A DNA stretch of 64,000 bases from Candidatus Omnitrophota bacterium (GCA_043823745.1 JBDRAN010000028.1:3116-67115); one strand, 5' to 3'; numbered from the stretch's first letter, positions 1-9,936 are shown. Program-made: numbers and translations. The notes: generated by a model from the letters alone, not told the origin.

Positions 1-576
1 CCGTAAGGTATCGGTAAAGAATTTGAATATATTGCGGGCAGATATTTTTTCTATCGGGCTGCCATGCGGGTGGGTGAGATAGAATTGGAGCATGTTTCTG
101 TAGTTACAGTATGCACGTGATACGCAGTCCAAAGCGAATTTTTCATTTCGGTGTTGATACCTTTCTTTCGGCAATGGATCGCCGTAGAGCGGTTTATACA
201 CAAAAGGAAGCTCGCATGCTCCCATGTCCCCGTAGGCAAGCCATCCCTGGATTGTTTGTCCAGTCGCTATGAGGTTGAATTCGTCAAAAAGAGGAATAAT
301 GTTTTTTAATAAGGAATGAAACTTAAAAAATCTCCGTATTCTTCGGAACTCTGTTGGCGCGTCGACATCATCGATTGTTATAATCATGTCGAGATCGCTG
401 AGGCCGGCTATAAAGTCCTTGTTGTCCAGCCCCCATTTGAGATAAATCGCCCGCGCCGGGAGCATTGCCTTGGCGAGACATAAAAATATATATAACGCCA
501 ATCGATAGATGAGCGCATAGAGCTTGTTATAAGGGAACACCAGGGCAGTTCTCTGTATAAATCTTTTAAGCACCAT
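1..576 (-). CDS. Pol-beta superfamily nucleotidyltransferase-domain protein, 3' end outside the window
   Basis: Not in the ORF track. Manual translation from the ATG at 576 stays open to base 1 (MVLKRFIQRT...FFTDTLR). Contains IYLKWGLDNKDFIAGLSDLDMII, resembling the hG[GS]x(9-13)DhD motif, with the GS dyad altered. Confidence 0.6.
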   Translation of the reverse strand, partial: MVLKRFIQRTALVFPYNKLYALIYRLALYIFLCLAKAMLPARAIYLKWGLDNKDFIAGLSDLDMIITIDDVDAPTEFRRIRRFFKFHSLLKNIIPLFDEFNLIATGQTIQGWLAYGDMGACELPFVYKPLYGDPLPKERYQHRNEKFALDCVSRAYCNYRNMLQFYLTHPHGSPIEKISARNIFKFFTDTLR

Positions 577-811
577 TTTTTCACCAGATAATTCTTGTTT
601 ATAGTATGTCGATAGATGTAATTATACATTTTGAGTGCAAAAAGAAAAGCACTATCATGGATATCACTTAGGCGAAGGTATCAGGGGGGCCATGAGTTGA
701 TACATGAGATAGAACGAAAGATGCAGTAGAGCGCTGCTCTCGCACAGGCTTTCGGTAGGGTGAGGCTCTTTTCCTGAATTTTTATGGTGACCGTTGAACG
801 CCTGTCGTTTT

Positions 812-1831
812 TTAATCGTTATGAGGCTTGTATTGTTCGAGAAAGGAGAGTAGCGTTGAGGTATTTTCTTCTTTATCTTGCCCAAGATAGAAAACGAATG
901 TTTTTGATCCTTTGATGACTTTTAAAGAATTTCTCAGGCGTGAGAGCCCGAGTGGGATCTTCAATAATATCTCCCGGGGGCCTTTCTGAAAAATATATTC
1001 TATTCCCTGGTACAGGCCGACCCCGACAACGGAGTTTTTTATGAATTCACCAAGCGCGGCATACTTTGAAACAGGCTCTATGCTTGGGTTTCTCCCTAAA
1101 ACGCGCTTGCCGAGAATTATCAGGTGCGGCCGCGCGGGGACAGTAGAGATTTTTTCCTTAAAATACTCTACGTCGATGAGTGTTTTCGGCCAGAATTCCT
1201 GCCTTTGGAAACGGCGCAGGTATTCGTGTGGGATGCCGTCCGGTACTTCTTGTTCATTGACGCCTATTCGTAGAGGAAAGGGGAGTATATCTCCGTGAGG
1301 ATTTATGAGTGGAGAATCTTCAGAAAGTAACTTTATTGTATTGCTTAAGGAAAGTATCTTTAAAGCCATGGTAGTTTTTCCGCCGCCCATATCCATGAGC
1401 AGAAGAACAGCTTTTTGTCCAATTGTAAACCCCAGGGCGTGCACGCGGTGTAGACCCATTGCGTCGAGCTCGCTTGCGACCAGAGACATGATCGTCATGT
1501 AGCAGATTTCATGGAGGAGCGGGTAGTCGATGCTATGCATATCGCAGCGTAGTTTATCCTGGTTAAAAATAACTAAGGCTTTGCCGGAATAATCGATGTA
1601 TTTTATGTGGTTATTGTAATAGCAGATGTTGCGCGGTGAGACATAACGAGCCACCATAGGGGGAAGGCTCGCGTAAGGGGGGCGCACGAACGAGGCGCTG
1701 ATAATAATTTTTGTCGTATCTTCTTTTGATGCGAAAAAAGAAAAATCCCTTTGAATGTCGCGGGTTAGCTCTTGATTGTCGCTCTTAAAGCATACCCCAA
1801 CTCCATAAAAATTTAAATGAACGTGGTGCAT
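812..1831 (-). CDS. HPr kinase-related P-loop kinase
   Basis: LHRVHALG...AVLLLMDMGGGKTT Walker A-like segment followed by LLSEDSPLI, matching the HprK/PEPCK-like acidic motif. Confidence 0.65.
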   Translation of the reverse strand: MHHVHLNFYGVGVCFKSDNQELTRDIQRDFSFFASKEDTTKIIISASFVRPPYASLPPMVARYVSPRNICYYNNHIKYIDYSGKALVIFNQDKLRCDMHSIDYPLLHEICYMTIMSLVASELDAMGLHRVHALGFTIGQKAVLLLMDMGGGKTTMALKILSLSNTIKLLSEDSPLINPHGDILPFPLRIGVNEQEVPDGIPHEYLRRFQRQEFWPKTLIDVEYFKEKISTVPARPHLIILGKRVLGRNPSIEPVSKYAALGEFIKNSVVGVGLYQGIEYIFQKGPREILLKIPLGLSRLRNSLKVIKGSKTFVFYLGQDKEENTSTLLSFLEQYKPHND

Positions 1832-1999
1832 ATTTTTCTTTAATTAGAGTCCTTTTCGTCTATAATGATATCTAAAGTATATACAATAATAGAAGAAATG
1901 TATAGAATTTTTTCTTACGTTAAACTACTGTGGTGCACACCGTAGTGCGTCGGAATGATTCTGGACGTATAGGTACGCACAGGATGAGGTTATTGCCGC

Positions 2000-3409
2000 A
2001 TGGATAATCCTAAGATAGTTATTATTGGAGCCGGGCCCGCGGGTATGGGGTGCGCGTACACATTGGCTCACGGAGGCGTTCCTTCCGTGCTGGTAGAACA
2101 GGAGGCTGACGTTGGCGGGCTCTGCCGGACGATTGATCATTTAGGATATCTTTTTGACATCGGTGGGCACCGGTTTATTACAAAATCAGACGAAGTAAAA
2201 AAAATATGGGAAGAGGTTCTCGGAAGCGAGTTTCTTTTGGTCAAGCGCTTATCGAGAATTTATTATCGTCAAAGGTTTTTTAGCTACCCGCTTCAGTTTT
2301 TCGATGTTGTCTGGCATTTAGGCCCTCTAGAAAGCCTTTTCTGTCTTTTTAGTTATCTGCGTGCGCGGTTTTTTCCTTGTCAGAACAATGACAGTTTCGA
2401 GGGTTGGATTATCAATCATTTCGGCCGGCGACTCTATAATATTTTTTTTAAAAGTTATTCGGAAAAAGTCTGGGAAATACCGTGCAGCAGTCTTTCTTCT
2501 GATTGGGCGCGCCAGAGGATCAGAGGGCTCTCCTTACGGGTTGCGTTAAAGAATTCCATATTCGCAGGCTCGCGCGAAACGCCAAAAACGTTAATTACGC
2601 AATTCAGCTATCCTAAAAGAGGCCCCGGTCAATTCTATCAGAGTTTACGGGACGCCTGTGTTACCATGGGCGGTGATTTTTCTCTTAACACCACCGTGCG
2701 TGCGATACGCCACGATAACAATAAAATTACCGCGATCGAAACGATTTCAAAAAGCTCAGGGGAGAAAAGGGTGCAGGATGTTGAGTATCTCTTTTCCAGT
2801 ATTCCGCTTCCTGAATTGATACAGGCGTTGCAGCCCCGGCCGCCGGATGAAGTCATTGCTGCCGTTGCGTGCCTCCAGTTTAGAAGCCTGATTGTTGTTA
2901 ATATTATTCTGGACAAAGAAGATGTGTTTCCCGATCAGTGGCTATATATCCATGAACCGAACGTAAAATTAGGGCGCATCCAGAATTTTAAAAACTGGAG
3001 CCACTATATGGTTACCGATACCAAGAAAACATCACTTGGGTTGGAATATTTTTGTAATAAAGGTGATTATTTGTGGAGTATGGATGATATTGAACTCAGG
3101 AATTTTGCTTTGAAGGAATTGAGCAAAATAGGATTTACGTTACGTCACCACCTTCTCGATAGTTTCGTGGTGCGTTCCGCCAACGCGTACCCCCGCTATA
3201 CGCTCGACTATCGCGAGCATCTTTCCGTGTTGCGCGCGTACGTGGCGCAGTTTTCAAATATGCAGACCATAGGCCGCGCCGGTCTTTTTCGATACGATAA
3301 CTCTGACCGCGCGTTACTTTCGGGGGTCTATGCCGCTCGTAATTTTTTATACCAGGAAAAACATGATTTATGGCAATTTGATACGGATCGTGATTTTATG
3401 GAATCATAG
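2000..3409 (+). CDS. FAD-dependent oxidoreductase (protoporphyrinogen oxidase / UDP-galactopyranose mutase-like family)
   Basis: N-terminal IIGAGPAG Rossmann motif, VGGLCRT, FDIGGHRF, C-terminal GRAGLFRYDNSD. Confidence 0.85.
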   Translation: MDNPKIVIIGAGPAGMGCAYTLAHGGVPSVLVEQEADVGGLCRTIDHLGYLFDIGGHRFITKSDEVKKIWEEVLGSEFLLVKRLSRIYYRQRFFSYPLQFFDVVWHLGPLESLFCLFSYLRARFFPCQNNDSFEGWIINHFGRRLYNIFFKSYSEKVWEIPCSSLSSDWARQRIRGLSLRVALKNSIFAGSRETPKTLITQFSYPKRGPGQFYQSLRDACVTMGGDFSLNTTVRAIRHDNNKITAIETISKSSGEKRVQDVEYLFSSIPLPELIQALQPRPPDEVIAAVACLQFRSLIVVNIILDKEDVFPDQWLYIHEPNVKLGRIQNFKNWSHYMVTDTKKTSLGLEYFCNKGDYLWSMDDIELRNFALKELSKIGFTLRHHLLDSFVVRSANAYPRYTLDYREHLSVLRAYVAQFSNMQTIGRAGLFRYDNSDRALLSGVYAARNFLYQEKHDLWQFDTDRDFMES

Positions 3410-3500
3410 CGCGTTCCCGGTATCGTGAAGGCTTTTTTGCGGCGGGCTTTCGAGGCCGGTATGCGGTGAGCCGCAGGATTGCGATCGTCCCCGAGGTATC

Positions 3501-5192
3501 ATGAATATCCTCAAAAGAAAAATTTCGAAACATAGTGTAGTCATCGGGCTTATCATCGCCGCTGGTTTTCTGTTGCGTTTTCGTCAATATTTCTATAACA
3601 AGTCGCTATGGCTTGATGAAGCTTCTTTGGCGCTCAACATCATACACAGGCCGTGGTGGCAACTTTTTAAACCTCTTGATTATCTTCAGGGTGCCCCTGT
3701 CGGATTTTTACTCATAGAAAAGTTCTTTATCTACCTCTTCGGTAGTGGCGAGTATGTGTTGCGGCTCTTCCCTTTCATAAGCGCTCTTGCAGCACTTTTT
3801 CTTTTTTTTAATGTTGCGCGTTTTCTGCTTGATCGCGATGCGCTTGTTCTCGCAATGACTTTAATGAGTTTTTCGGGTGTCCTCATTTATTATTCCTCCG
3901 AGTGTAAGCAGTATTCCTCAGATGTTTTTTTAGCTTTGATAGTCCTAAATATTTTTTTGCGCCCGTACCGGCCTATGATATCAGTCGTTCGCGCGTTAGC
4001 CTTGGGGCTTATGTGTGCGGTATTTATTTTCATTTCGCATCCGATATTTTTTGTTTTGCTTGGTATAGCGGTGGTTAACGTTGGTTCGTGCATACGAGAG
4101 AAAAAGTGGCTTACGATGGCCGGTTTGTTGTCTGTTTTTGTGTTTGGATTGATAAGTTTTGTGATCGCTTATTTTGTTTCGCTGCGTTCTTTGACGATGA
4201 CACAACCGCTCGTGGGCTGGAGCAGGGGGTTTGTGCCGCACCTTTCTTTTTCCCTACGTAGCTTACAATCGCTTACACAATGGTTTCAGGGTAATGACAG
4301 TCTTGGTTTTTTGATAGACGTTCGCCCCGCATGGGTGAGCCTGGGGCTTCTTGTAATCGGTAGTTACTCGATGTTCCGTGAGAGAAGACGAGATTTTTTA
4401 ATTCTCGGGCTGCCGGTGTTTTTTGTTTTCGTGGCATCAGTATTCCATAAATATCCGTTTTATCAGAGGATGCTCTTGTTCCTGATTCCATCAGTACTCA
4501 TTATATTATCAAAAGGTTTCTCAGAATTGCTTCGATTTCTTCCAAGTAACAAAGTAAAATCGATACTTATCATCTTATGCATGTGTTTTCTGCTCTTTGT
4601 TCCTGTTGTTAAGGCCATGATATCCGGTTTCTTTCCGTATGGGGCTGAGTCTCTGAAGCCGGTCCTTTCGTATGTTAGTTCGTATGCTCGCTCTTTTCCA
4701 AGGACTAATCCAACGGTCTATCTTTCGAACCGTGCGGTATCCGCGTTTCAATACTATGCCCCGCGCTATGGGCTTGATAAGAATAGATGTATTGTGATGC
4801 CGTATAAACCATCGCGCGCGGAATTTAAAAAGGATATGAATCGATTGGTAGGCACAAAAAAAGTTTGGGTGATTGCCTCGGGTATTTCTGAAGCTCGGCA
4901 GATAGAGGAAGAAAGCTTCTACCTCGGTTATCTGGATCGTAAGGGGCCGCGCCTGAGGGCTTTTAAATGTAATGATGCATCAGCCTACCTGTATGATTTA
5001 AGCCGTCCGCGTCGTGCGGGTACCAATTCTGTTCCAGCGAAAACCTTAAAAGTTGAGGGTAGCGGAAAGTATGTTCGGCGGGCGACACGGGCTCTTTGGT
5101 TCATCGAACGGGTGACCGGCTCGCGCTGTGTGCCGTGCCTTCTTATTCTTGAGCGATTTTTTAATGCGTTGCGCGCGTACGTATACAGTTAG
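3501..5192 (+). CDS. GT-C fold membrane glycosyltransferase (GT39/PMT-like)
   Basis: SLWLDEA motif after TM1, about 12 hydrophobic segments, YYSSECKQY, YPFYQRMLLF. Confidence 0.8.
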   Translation: MNILKRKISKHSVVIGLIIAAGFLLRFRQYFYNKSLWLDEASLALNIIHRPWWQLFKPLDYLQGAPVGFLLIEKFFIYLFGSGEYVLRLFPFISALAALFLFFNVARFLLDRDALVLAMTLMSFSGVLIYYSSECKQYSSDVFLALIVLNIFLRPYRPMISVVRALALGLMCAVFIFISHPIFFVLLGIAVVNVGSCIREKKWLTMAGLLSVFVFGLISFVIAYFVSLRSLTMTQPLVGWSRGFVPHLSFSLRSLQSLTQWFQGNDSLGFLIDVRPAWVSLGLLVIGSYSMFRERRRDFLILGLPVFFVFVASVFHKYPFYQRMLLFLIPSVLIILSKGFSELLRFLPSNKVKSILIILCMCFLLFVPVVKAMISGFFPYGAESLKPVLSYVSSYARSFPRTNPTVYLSNRAVSAFQYYAPRYGLDKNRCIVMPYKPSRAEFKKDMNRLVGTKKVWVIASGISEARQIEEESFYLGYLDRKGPRLRAFKCNDASAYLYDLSRPRRAGTNSVPAKTLKVEGSGKYVRRATRALWFIERVTGSRCVPCLLILERFFNALRAYVYS

Positions 5193-5382
5193 AGGCTTGG
5201 GCATTTTTTATGCAGCACAAATAAGCACGCGCCCCCCATGCTGCTTTGGTATAGCCGTGATTTTACTTGCTAGTTCGAGATATAATTTGCTTGTTTCCAC
5301 CCGTACTTGGGCTATAATACAGTTTCGTATAGGGAATTTATTTATTTACGGAGCATAGGAGCGCTTGAGAGAATGAGGATTT

Positions 5383-6105
5383 ATGGCCAAAGATAAGATT
5401 TTCAGCAAAAAGCAGTCAGCGATTGACTTTAATTTTAAAAAGAAGACGGCAGCGGTCTTTGATGATATGCTTAACCGCTCGGTCCCGTTTTATCGGGAGA
5501 TCCAGCGCATGACGACCGAGATCGCCGCTGATTTTGCCTTACCCGGGACTAATGTGTATGATTTGGGTTGTTCGACAGGGACTACGCTGCTTGCGCTGGA
5601 TAAGAAATTACCGGAGGATGTTTCGTATATCGGGTTCGATTACTCTCAGGATATGCTCAATAAGGCAGAGGAGAAAATAAAAGCTCATAAGGTTAAGCGG
5701 CCGTATAAACTTTTCTGCCGCGATTTAAATAACGGGGTTCCGGTTGAGAACGCCTCAGTGGTGATTTTTACGCTTACGCTGCAGTTTGTGCGCCCCCTGG
5801 TGCGCCAGAAAGTTATCGAGGAGATCGCCCGGGGAATCAATAAGGGGGGATGCCTCATTTTGATTGAGAAAGTTTTGAGCCTTGATTCCAAGCTTAACAG
5901 GCTTTTTATTAACTATTACTATGAGTTTAAGAAGCGGCAGGGATACAGCCGGCTTGAGATCGCGCAGAAGCGCGAAGCGCTTGAGAACGTGTTGATTCCC
6001 TACCGGCCGGAGGAGAACCGCCAGCTGCTGCTTGAAAGCGGTTTTAAAGAATGCGATATGTTTTTTAAGTGGTATAACTTCTGCGGAATGCTCGCCTTAA
6101 AATAA
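5383..6105 (+). CDS. cmoA: Carboxy-S-adenosyl-L-methionine synthase CmoA
   Basis: FDDMLNRSVPFY, YDLGCSTG, NASVV..TLQF, QKREALENVL (conserved Arg), FKWYNF. Confidence 0.88.
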   Translation: MAKDKIFSKKQSAIDFNFKKKTAAVFDDMLNRSVPFYREIQRMTTEIAADFALPGTNVYDLGCSTGTTLLALDKKLPEDVSYIGFDYSQDMLNKAEEKIKAHKVKRPYKLFCRDLNNGVPVENASVVIFTLTLQFVRPLVRQKVIEEIARGINKGGCLILIEKVLSLDSKLNRLFINYYYEFKKRQGYSRLEIAQKREALENVLIPYRPEENRQLLLESGFKECDMFFKWYNFCGMLALK

Positions 6106-6106
6106 T

Positions 6107-6853
6107 ATGATAGTTGCCGCGTGGCGTACATTATTACTGACTACCGGAGCGTTTTTCTTCCGCTTCCGCAACTTTTTATTTCCCGCTTTTGTCATTATTC
6201 TGCTGGTGTTTACCAAGCCGGCGCTATTCCTGGGTCGGCGTGATCTTGATGCCATCATCGTTACGTTCGGGTTTCTTGTTGCTATGCTTGGCATATTCTT
6301 TCGGCTCTTTGTGATCGGGTTTGCCTATATTAAGCGCGGCGGCAAGGATGGCCGGGTGTATGCCGACAACCTTGTTATTGAAGGAGTGTACGCGCATGTG
6401 CGTAACCCGATGTATGTGGCTAATTTCTTTAATATCGTGGGTATCGCGTTGATTTACGGTTCGTTCTGGGTCTACGTGCTTGTCATCCCGTTTTTTACCT
6501 ATGTGTATCTCGCGATCGTTACCACGGAAGAAAATTATCTGCACAAGCGCTTTGGCGCGGAATTCGAAACATACTGCAAGGCGGTGAACCGTTTCATCCC
6601 CAATTTTTCCGGTATCAAACAAACCCTTGGGAAATTCTCCTATGATTGGACCAAGGCGCTGCGTAAAGAGTATGGAACGACCTTTGGGGTGCTCCTGGGA
6701 TGCTATGTCATGTGGCTGCGTAAGATGTATTCTTTTTACGGCGCCACCTTTAGCAGGCACACGGTATTTTTTGCGGTTGCACCCGTTGTTTTTCTCGTCC
6801 TCTTGTATTCCTTCGTGCGATACTTAAAGAAGAGCGGCCGACTTTCTTCGTAA
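6107..6853 (+). CDS. Isoprenylcysteine carboxylmethyltransferase (ICMT/PEMT) family membrane methyltransferase
   Basis: LVIEGVYAHVRNPMY and EENYLHKRFGAEFETYCKAVNRFIP motifs, multiple TM helices. Confidence 0.85.
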   Translation: MIVAAWRTLLLTTGAFFFRFRNFLFPAFVIILLVFTKPALFLGRRDLDAIIVTFGFLVAMLGIFFRLFVIGFAYIKRGGKDGRVYADNLVIEGVYAHVRNPMYVANFFNIVGIALIYGSFWVYVLVIPFFTYVYLAIVTTEENYLHKRFGAEFETYCKAVNRFIPNFSGIKQTLGKFSYDWTKALRKEYGTTFGVLLGCYVMWLRKMYSFYGATFSRHTVFFAVAPVVFLVLLYSFVRYLKKSGRLSS

Positions 6854-6899
6854 AGAGCGAGAAGTTTCCCCGGCGCATGAACGCTTTCTTACCGGCATA

Positions 6900-6927
6900 T
6901 TGACAAAAAATGCTCATACAGTAAACT
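6900..6927 (+). promoter_or_regulatory. Sigma70-type promoter for the P-type ATPase leader
   Basis: TTGACA(6900-05)-16 nt-TAAACT(6922-27). Confidence 0.6.
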
Positions 6928-6932
6928 AACAC

Positions 6933-7040
6933 AAAAGGAAGATCAGGTTTTTATACCGGGCCGGTCGGCAGCAGTAATACTGCGGGACTTCCAGGCAAGG
7001 GATTGACCGGGAACTATAAAAACATGGTTTTCCTTTTTTG
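6933..7040 (+). ncRNA. Candidate cation-sensing ON riboswitch (possibly Na+-I/DUF1646 class) with alternative intrinsic terminator
   Basis: Outer stem 6933-55/7015-37, inner stem CCGGUCGG/UUGACCGG (6961-68/7003-10), GCAGU-AAU-ACUGC hairpin. Competing hairpin 7009-7033 plus U6. Lies directly upstream of a cation ATPase. Confidence 0.55.
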
Positions 7041-7058
7041 TTTTGTGTAAACACAAAA

Positions 7059-7162
7059 AATGATTACACTGATTAGGAAATGATTACACAGATTATTAAA
7101 CACTGATTACACTGATTTGAATAAGATAATAAAGTCTTCACCAGTGATTTCAATCTTGTAAT
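7059..7162. repeat. Degenerate tandem TGATTACAC repeats with a downstream inverted arm
   Basis: ATGATTACACTGATT, ATGATTACACAGATT, CACTGATTACACTGATT, then CAGTGATTTCAATCTTGTAAT. Confidence 0.7.
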
Positions 7163-7179
7163 GTTCAAGAAGGAGACAA

Positions 7180-9729
7180 ATGCCTGTAGGTAAGAGCATC
7201 GCTAATATTCAAGGGCTCTCAGAGCGCCAGGCCCTTGAACGATTAAAAAAAGACGGCTATAACGAGCTCCCCGCTCAAAAGAAGAAGAATATTCTTTTAA
7301 TCTTATGGGGGATTCTCAGGGAGCCGATGCTGCTGCTTCTCGTCGGCAGCGGCCTGGTGTATTTATTCTTGGGTGAGGCGCAAGATGCGCTGATGCTTTT
7401 GTCGTTTGTCATTGTGGTGGTGGGTATCACGCTCTACCAGGAGCGTAAGACAGAGCGTGCCCTTGAGGCGTTACGTGATCTTTCCAGCCCCCGCGCGCTG
7501 GTTATCCGCGACGGGGAACAAAAGCGTATTGCCGGAAGATGTGTGGTACGCGATGATATTATTGTCCTATGTGAAGGCGATCGCGTTCCGGCTGATGCGA
7601 GGGTTATTTCGTGTGCTAATCTTTCGATTGATGAGTCTCTGTTGACCGGAGAATCCGCGCCGGTACGCAAAGCTGAAGGTAGCGATGCCGTGCCGGTTGC
7701 TCGGCCGGGAGGCGATGATCTGCCTTTTGTTTTCTCAGGAACCCTGGTTACCCAGGGCCATGGGTTTGCGTGTGTCTCGGCAATAGGTGTGCATACCGAG
7801 ATGGGTAAAATCGGCAAGGCTCTCGAGAATATCCGCGAAGAAGAAACGCTTCTAACAAAAGAAACCCGTCGTCTGGTCAGGAATTTTGCCGCGATCGGCC
7901 TTGTACTGTGCGTATGCGTGGTTGTTGTCTATGGCTTAAGCCGCGCCAGCTGGCTTGGAGGAATTCTTTCGGGTTTGACGCTTGGTATGGCCATGCTTCC
8001 CGAAGAGTTTCCGGTGGTACTCATGATTTTTATGGCGCTGGGGGCCTGGCGCATTTCAAAAAGTAAAGTTTTAACGCGCCGGGCTTATGCTATTGAAGCA
8101 TTGGGCGCTGCCACGGTGCTCTGCACGGATAAAACCGGGACGCTTACGGAAAATCGCATGCAATTATCAAGCTTGCATATTGCCGGGAAAGATTACGTAG
8201 TTGATGCCGCCACAATTGCCAGTTTGCCTGAGGAAACGCACGGTCTTATCGAATATGGTATTTTAGCCAGCCAGAAGGACCCGTTTGACCCTATTGAGAA
8301 AGGGATAAAAGAAATCGGAGAGTTTTATCTGGCGGCGACCGAGCACATCCATAAAAATTGGCAGATACTTAAAGAATACCCTTTGTCAAAGCAGCTTTTA
8401 GCGATTAGCCATGTCTGGGAATCTCCGGATAAGACACAGTATGTTATTGCGGCCAAGGGTTCTCCTGAAGCAATTGTTGACCTTTGTCATTTTAATGCAC
8501 AACAGCACCGGGAGCTTATCGATACCATTGAGCGTATGGCAAAGCAGGGGCTTCGCGTTCTGGGTGTGGCAAAAGCTCTATGGAAAAAAGAGAATCTTCC
8601 CGGCCTGCAGCATGATTTTGCGTTTGAGTTTGTGGGTTTGCTTGGCTTTCTTGACCCGATCAGGGAATCAGTGCCGGCATCAATTCGGGAGGCGCAAAAG
8701 GCCGGCGTTCGTGTGGTGATGATCACCGGAGATTATCCGGCAACCGCCGTGCATATTGCCCGGCAGATCGGAATTGAAAATCCTGCAGAATACATTACGG
8801 GGCCTGAAATAGAGAAGGTGGGGCATCAGGAGCTTCGAGTGCGATTGAAAATGGTGAATGTATTCGCCCGGGTTGTGCCGGAACAGAAGCTCGCGATCGT
8901 TAATGCGCTTAAGGCAAACGCTGAAGTTGTGGCGATGACCGGTGACGGGGTTAACGATGCACCGGCGCTGAAAGCCGCGCATATCGGCGTTGCCATGGGC
9001 CAGCATGGAACAGACGTGGCGCGTGAATCATCGGCGCTGGTGTTGCTTGGCGATGATTTTTCTTCAATTGTCGAGGCCGTGCGCCTGGGCAGGAGAATTT
9101 TTGATAATCTTAAAAAAGCGATCGCCTATATTTTTTCCGTGCATATCCCGATTGCGGGAATGTCTTTTTTGCCGGTCGTATTCGGGCTGCCGCTGGTGTT
9201 ACTTCCGGCGCATATCGCGTTCTTAGAATTAATCATCGACCCTGCCTGCTCAACGGTGTTTGAGTCGGTCCCGGAAGAACAAGGCATTATGAGCCGGCCC
9301 CCGCGGTCTTTGCGCGAATCGTTATTTAATAGGCGAGCGTTTATTATCAGTTTCTTGCAGGGGGTAAGCATTTTAGCGGTTGTGTTTGTTGTATATATCG
9401 TTTCGTTACGAATCCACCAGACAGAAGGTGAGTCGCGGACCTTGGCATTCGCGACACTGGTGTTCTCCAATATGATGCTTATTTTAACCAATCTTTCCTG
9501 GTCAAAGGGCCTGGTCTCGATTCTTAAAACAAAGAATAAGGCTTTATGGCTTGTCCTTTTAGGAACGCTCGCAGCCCTGGCGGCAGTCTTATATGTACCG
9601 TTTTTGCGCAGGCTATTCCATTTTTCAACGTTGTCGCTAGAGGATATCGGCATCGCGTTTGCCGCAGGCACGTTAAGCCTGGTGTGGTTTGAAGGGTTTA
9701 AGTTTATTGCGCGACGCGTCCACCGTTAA
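7180..9729 (+). CDS. Cation-translocating P-type ATPase (P2-type, Ca2+/Na+-like)
   Basis: TGES, PEEFP in TM4, DKTGT phosphorylation site, KGSPE, MITGD, GDGVNDAPAL. Confidence 0.95.
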   Translation: MPVGKSIANIQGLSERQALERLKKDGYNELPAQKKKNILLILWGILREPMLLLLVGSGLVYLFLGEAQDALMLLSFVIVVVGITLYQERKTERALEALRDLSSPRALVIRDGEQKRIAGRCVVRDDIIVLCEGDRVPADARVISCANLSIDESLLTGESAPVRKAEGSDAVPVARPGGDDLPFVFSGTLVTQGHGFACVSAIGVHTEMGKIGKALENIREEETLLTKETRRLVRNFAAIGLVLCVCVVVVYGLSRASWLGGILSGLTLGMAMLPEEFPVVLMIFMALGAWRISKSKVLTRRAYAIEALGAATVLCTDKTGTLTENRMQLSSLHIAGKDYVVDAATIASLPEETHGLIEYGILASQKDPFDPIEKGIKEIGEFYLAATEHIHKNWQILKEYPLSKQLLAISHVWESPDKTQYVIAAKGSPEAIVDLCHFNAQQHRELIDTIERMAKQGLRVLGVAKALWKKENLPGLQHDFAFEFVGLLGFLDPIRESVPASIREAQKAGVRVVMITGDYPATAVHIARQIGIENPAEYITGPEIEKVGHQELRVRLKMVNVFARVVPEQKLAIVNALKANAEVVAMTGDGVNDAPALKAAHIGVAMGQHGTDVARESSALVLLGDDFSSIVEAVRLGRRIFDNLKKAIAYIFSVHIPIAGMSFLPVVFGLPLVLLPAHIAFLELIIDPACSTVFESVPEEQGIMSRPPRSLRESLFNRRAFIISFLQGVSILAVVFVVYIVSLRIHQTEGESRTLAFATLVFSNMMLILTNLSWSKGLVSILKTKNKALWLVLLGTLAALAAVLYVPFLRRLFHFSTLSLEDIGIAFAAGTLSLVWFEGFKFIARRVHR

Positions 9730-9870
9730 GCTTTATACGCGTTGAGCCCTCTGTGTGTTTGCGTAATTACCAGTTTCGTCTTACCGCATTGCGTTAATCG
9801 TCATCATCGTCTTTCTGCATTATCAGGATATCGCCCGATGTATACTCATCATATGCAACAGCGTATAAAT

Positions 9871-9918
9871 TTGACAAAGTCTCCAGAAGCGATATCATAC
9901 TATTCATATATTTCATAC
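9871..9918 (+). promoter_or_regulatory. Sigma70 promoter overlapped by three TCATAY direct repeats (candidate AbrB-family operator)
   Basis: TTGACA 9871-76, TATCAT 9893-98. TCATAC/TCATAT/TCATAC at 9895, 9904, 9913 (9-bp period). Confidence 0.6.
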
Positions 9919-9936
9919 AAACTGTAAGGAGGAAAC

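Noticed and set aside
408-885. ORF-track calls 408-629 and 664-885
   Set aside because: 408-629 overlaps the better supported nucleotidyltransferase frame; 664-885 overlaps the kinase end and has no features.
6933-7040. SRP (4.5S) RNA
   Set aside because: Rod-like and similar in size, but it lacks the conserved helix-8 motif around the GGAA tetraloop.
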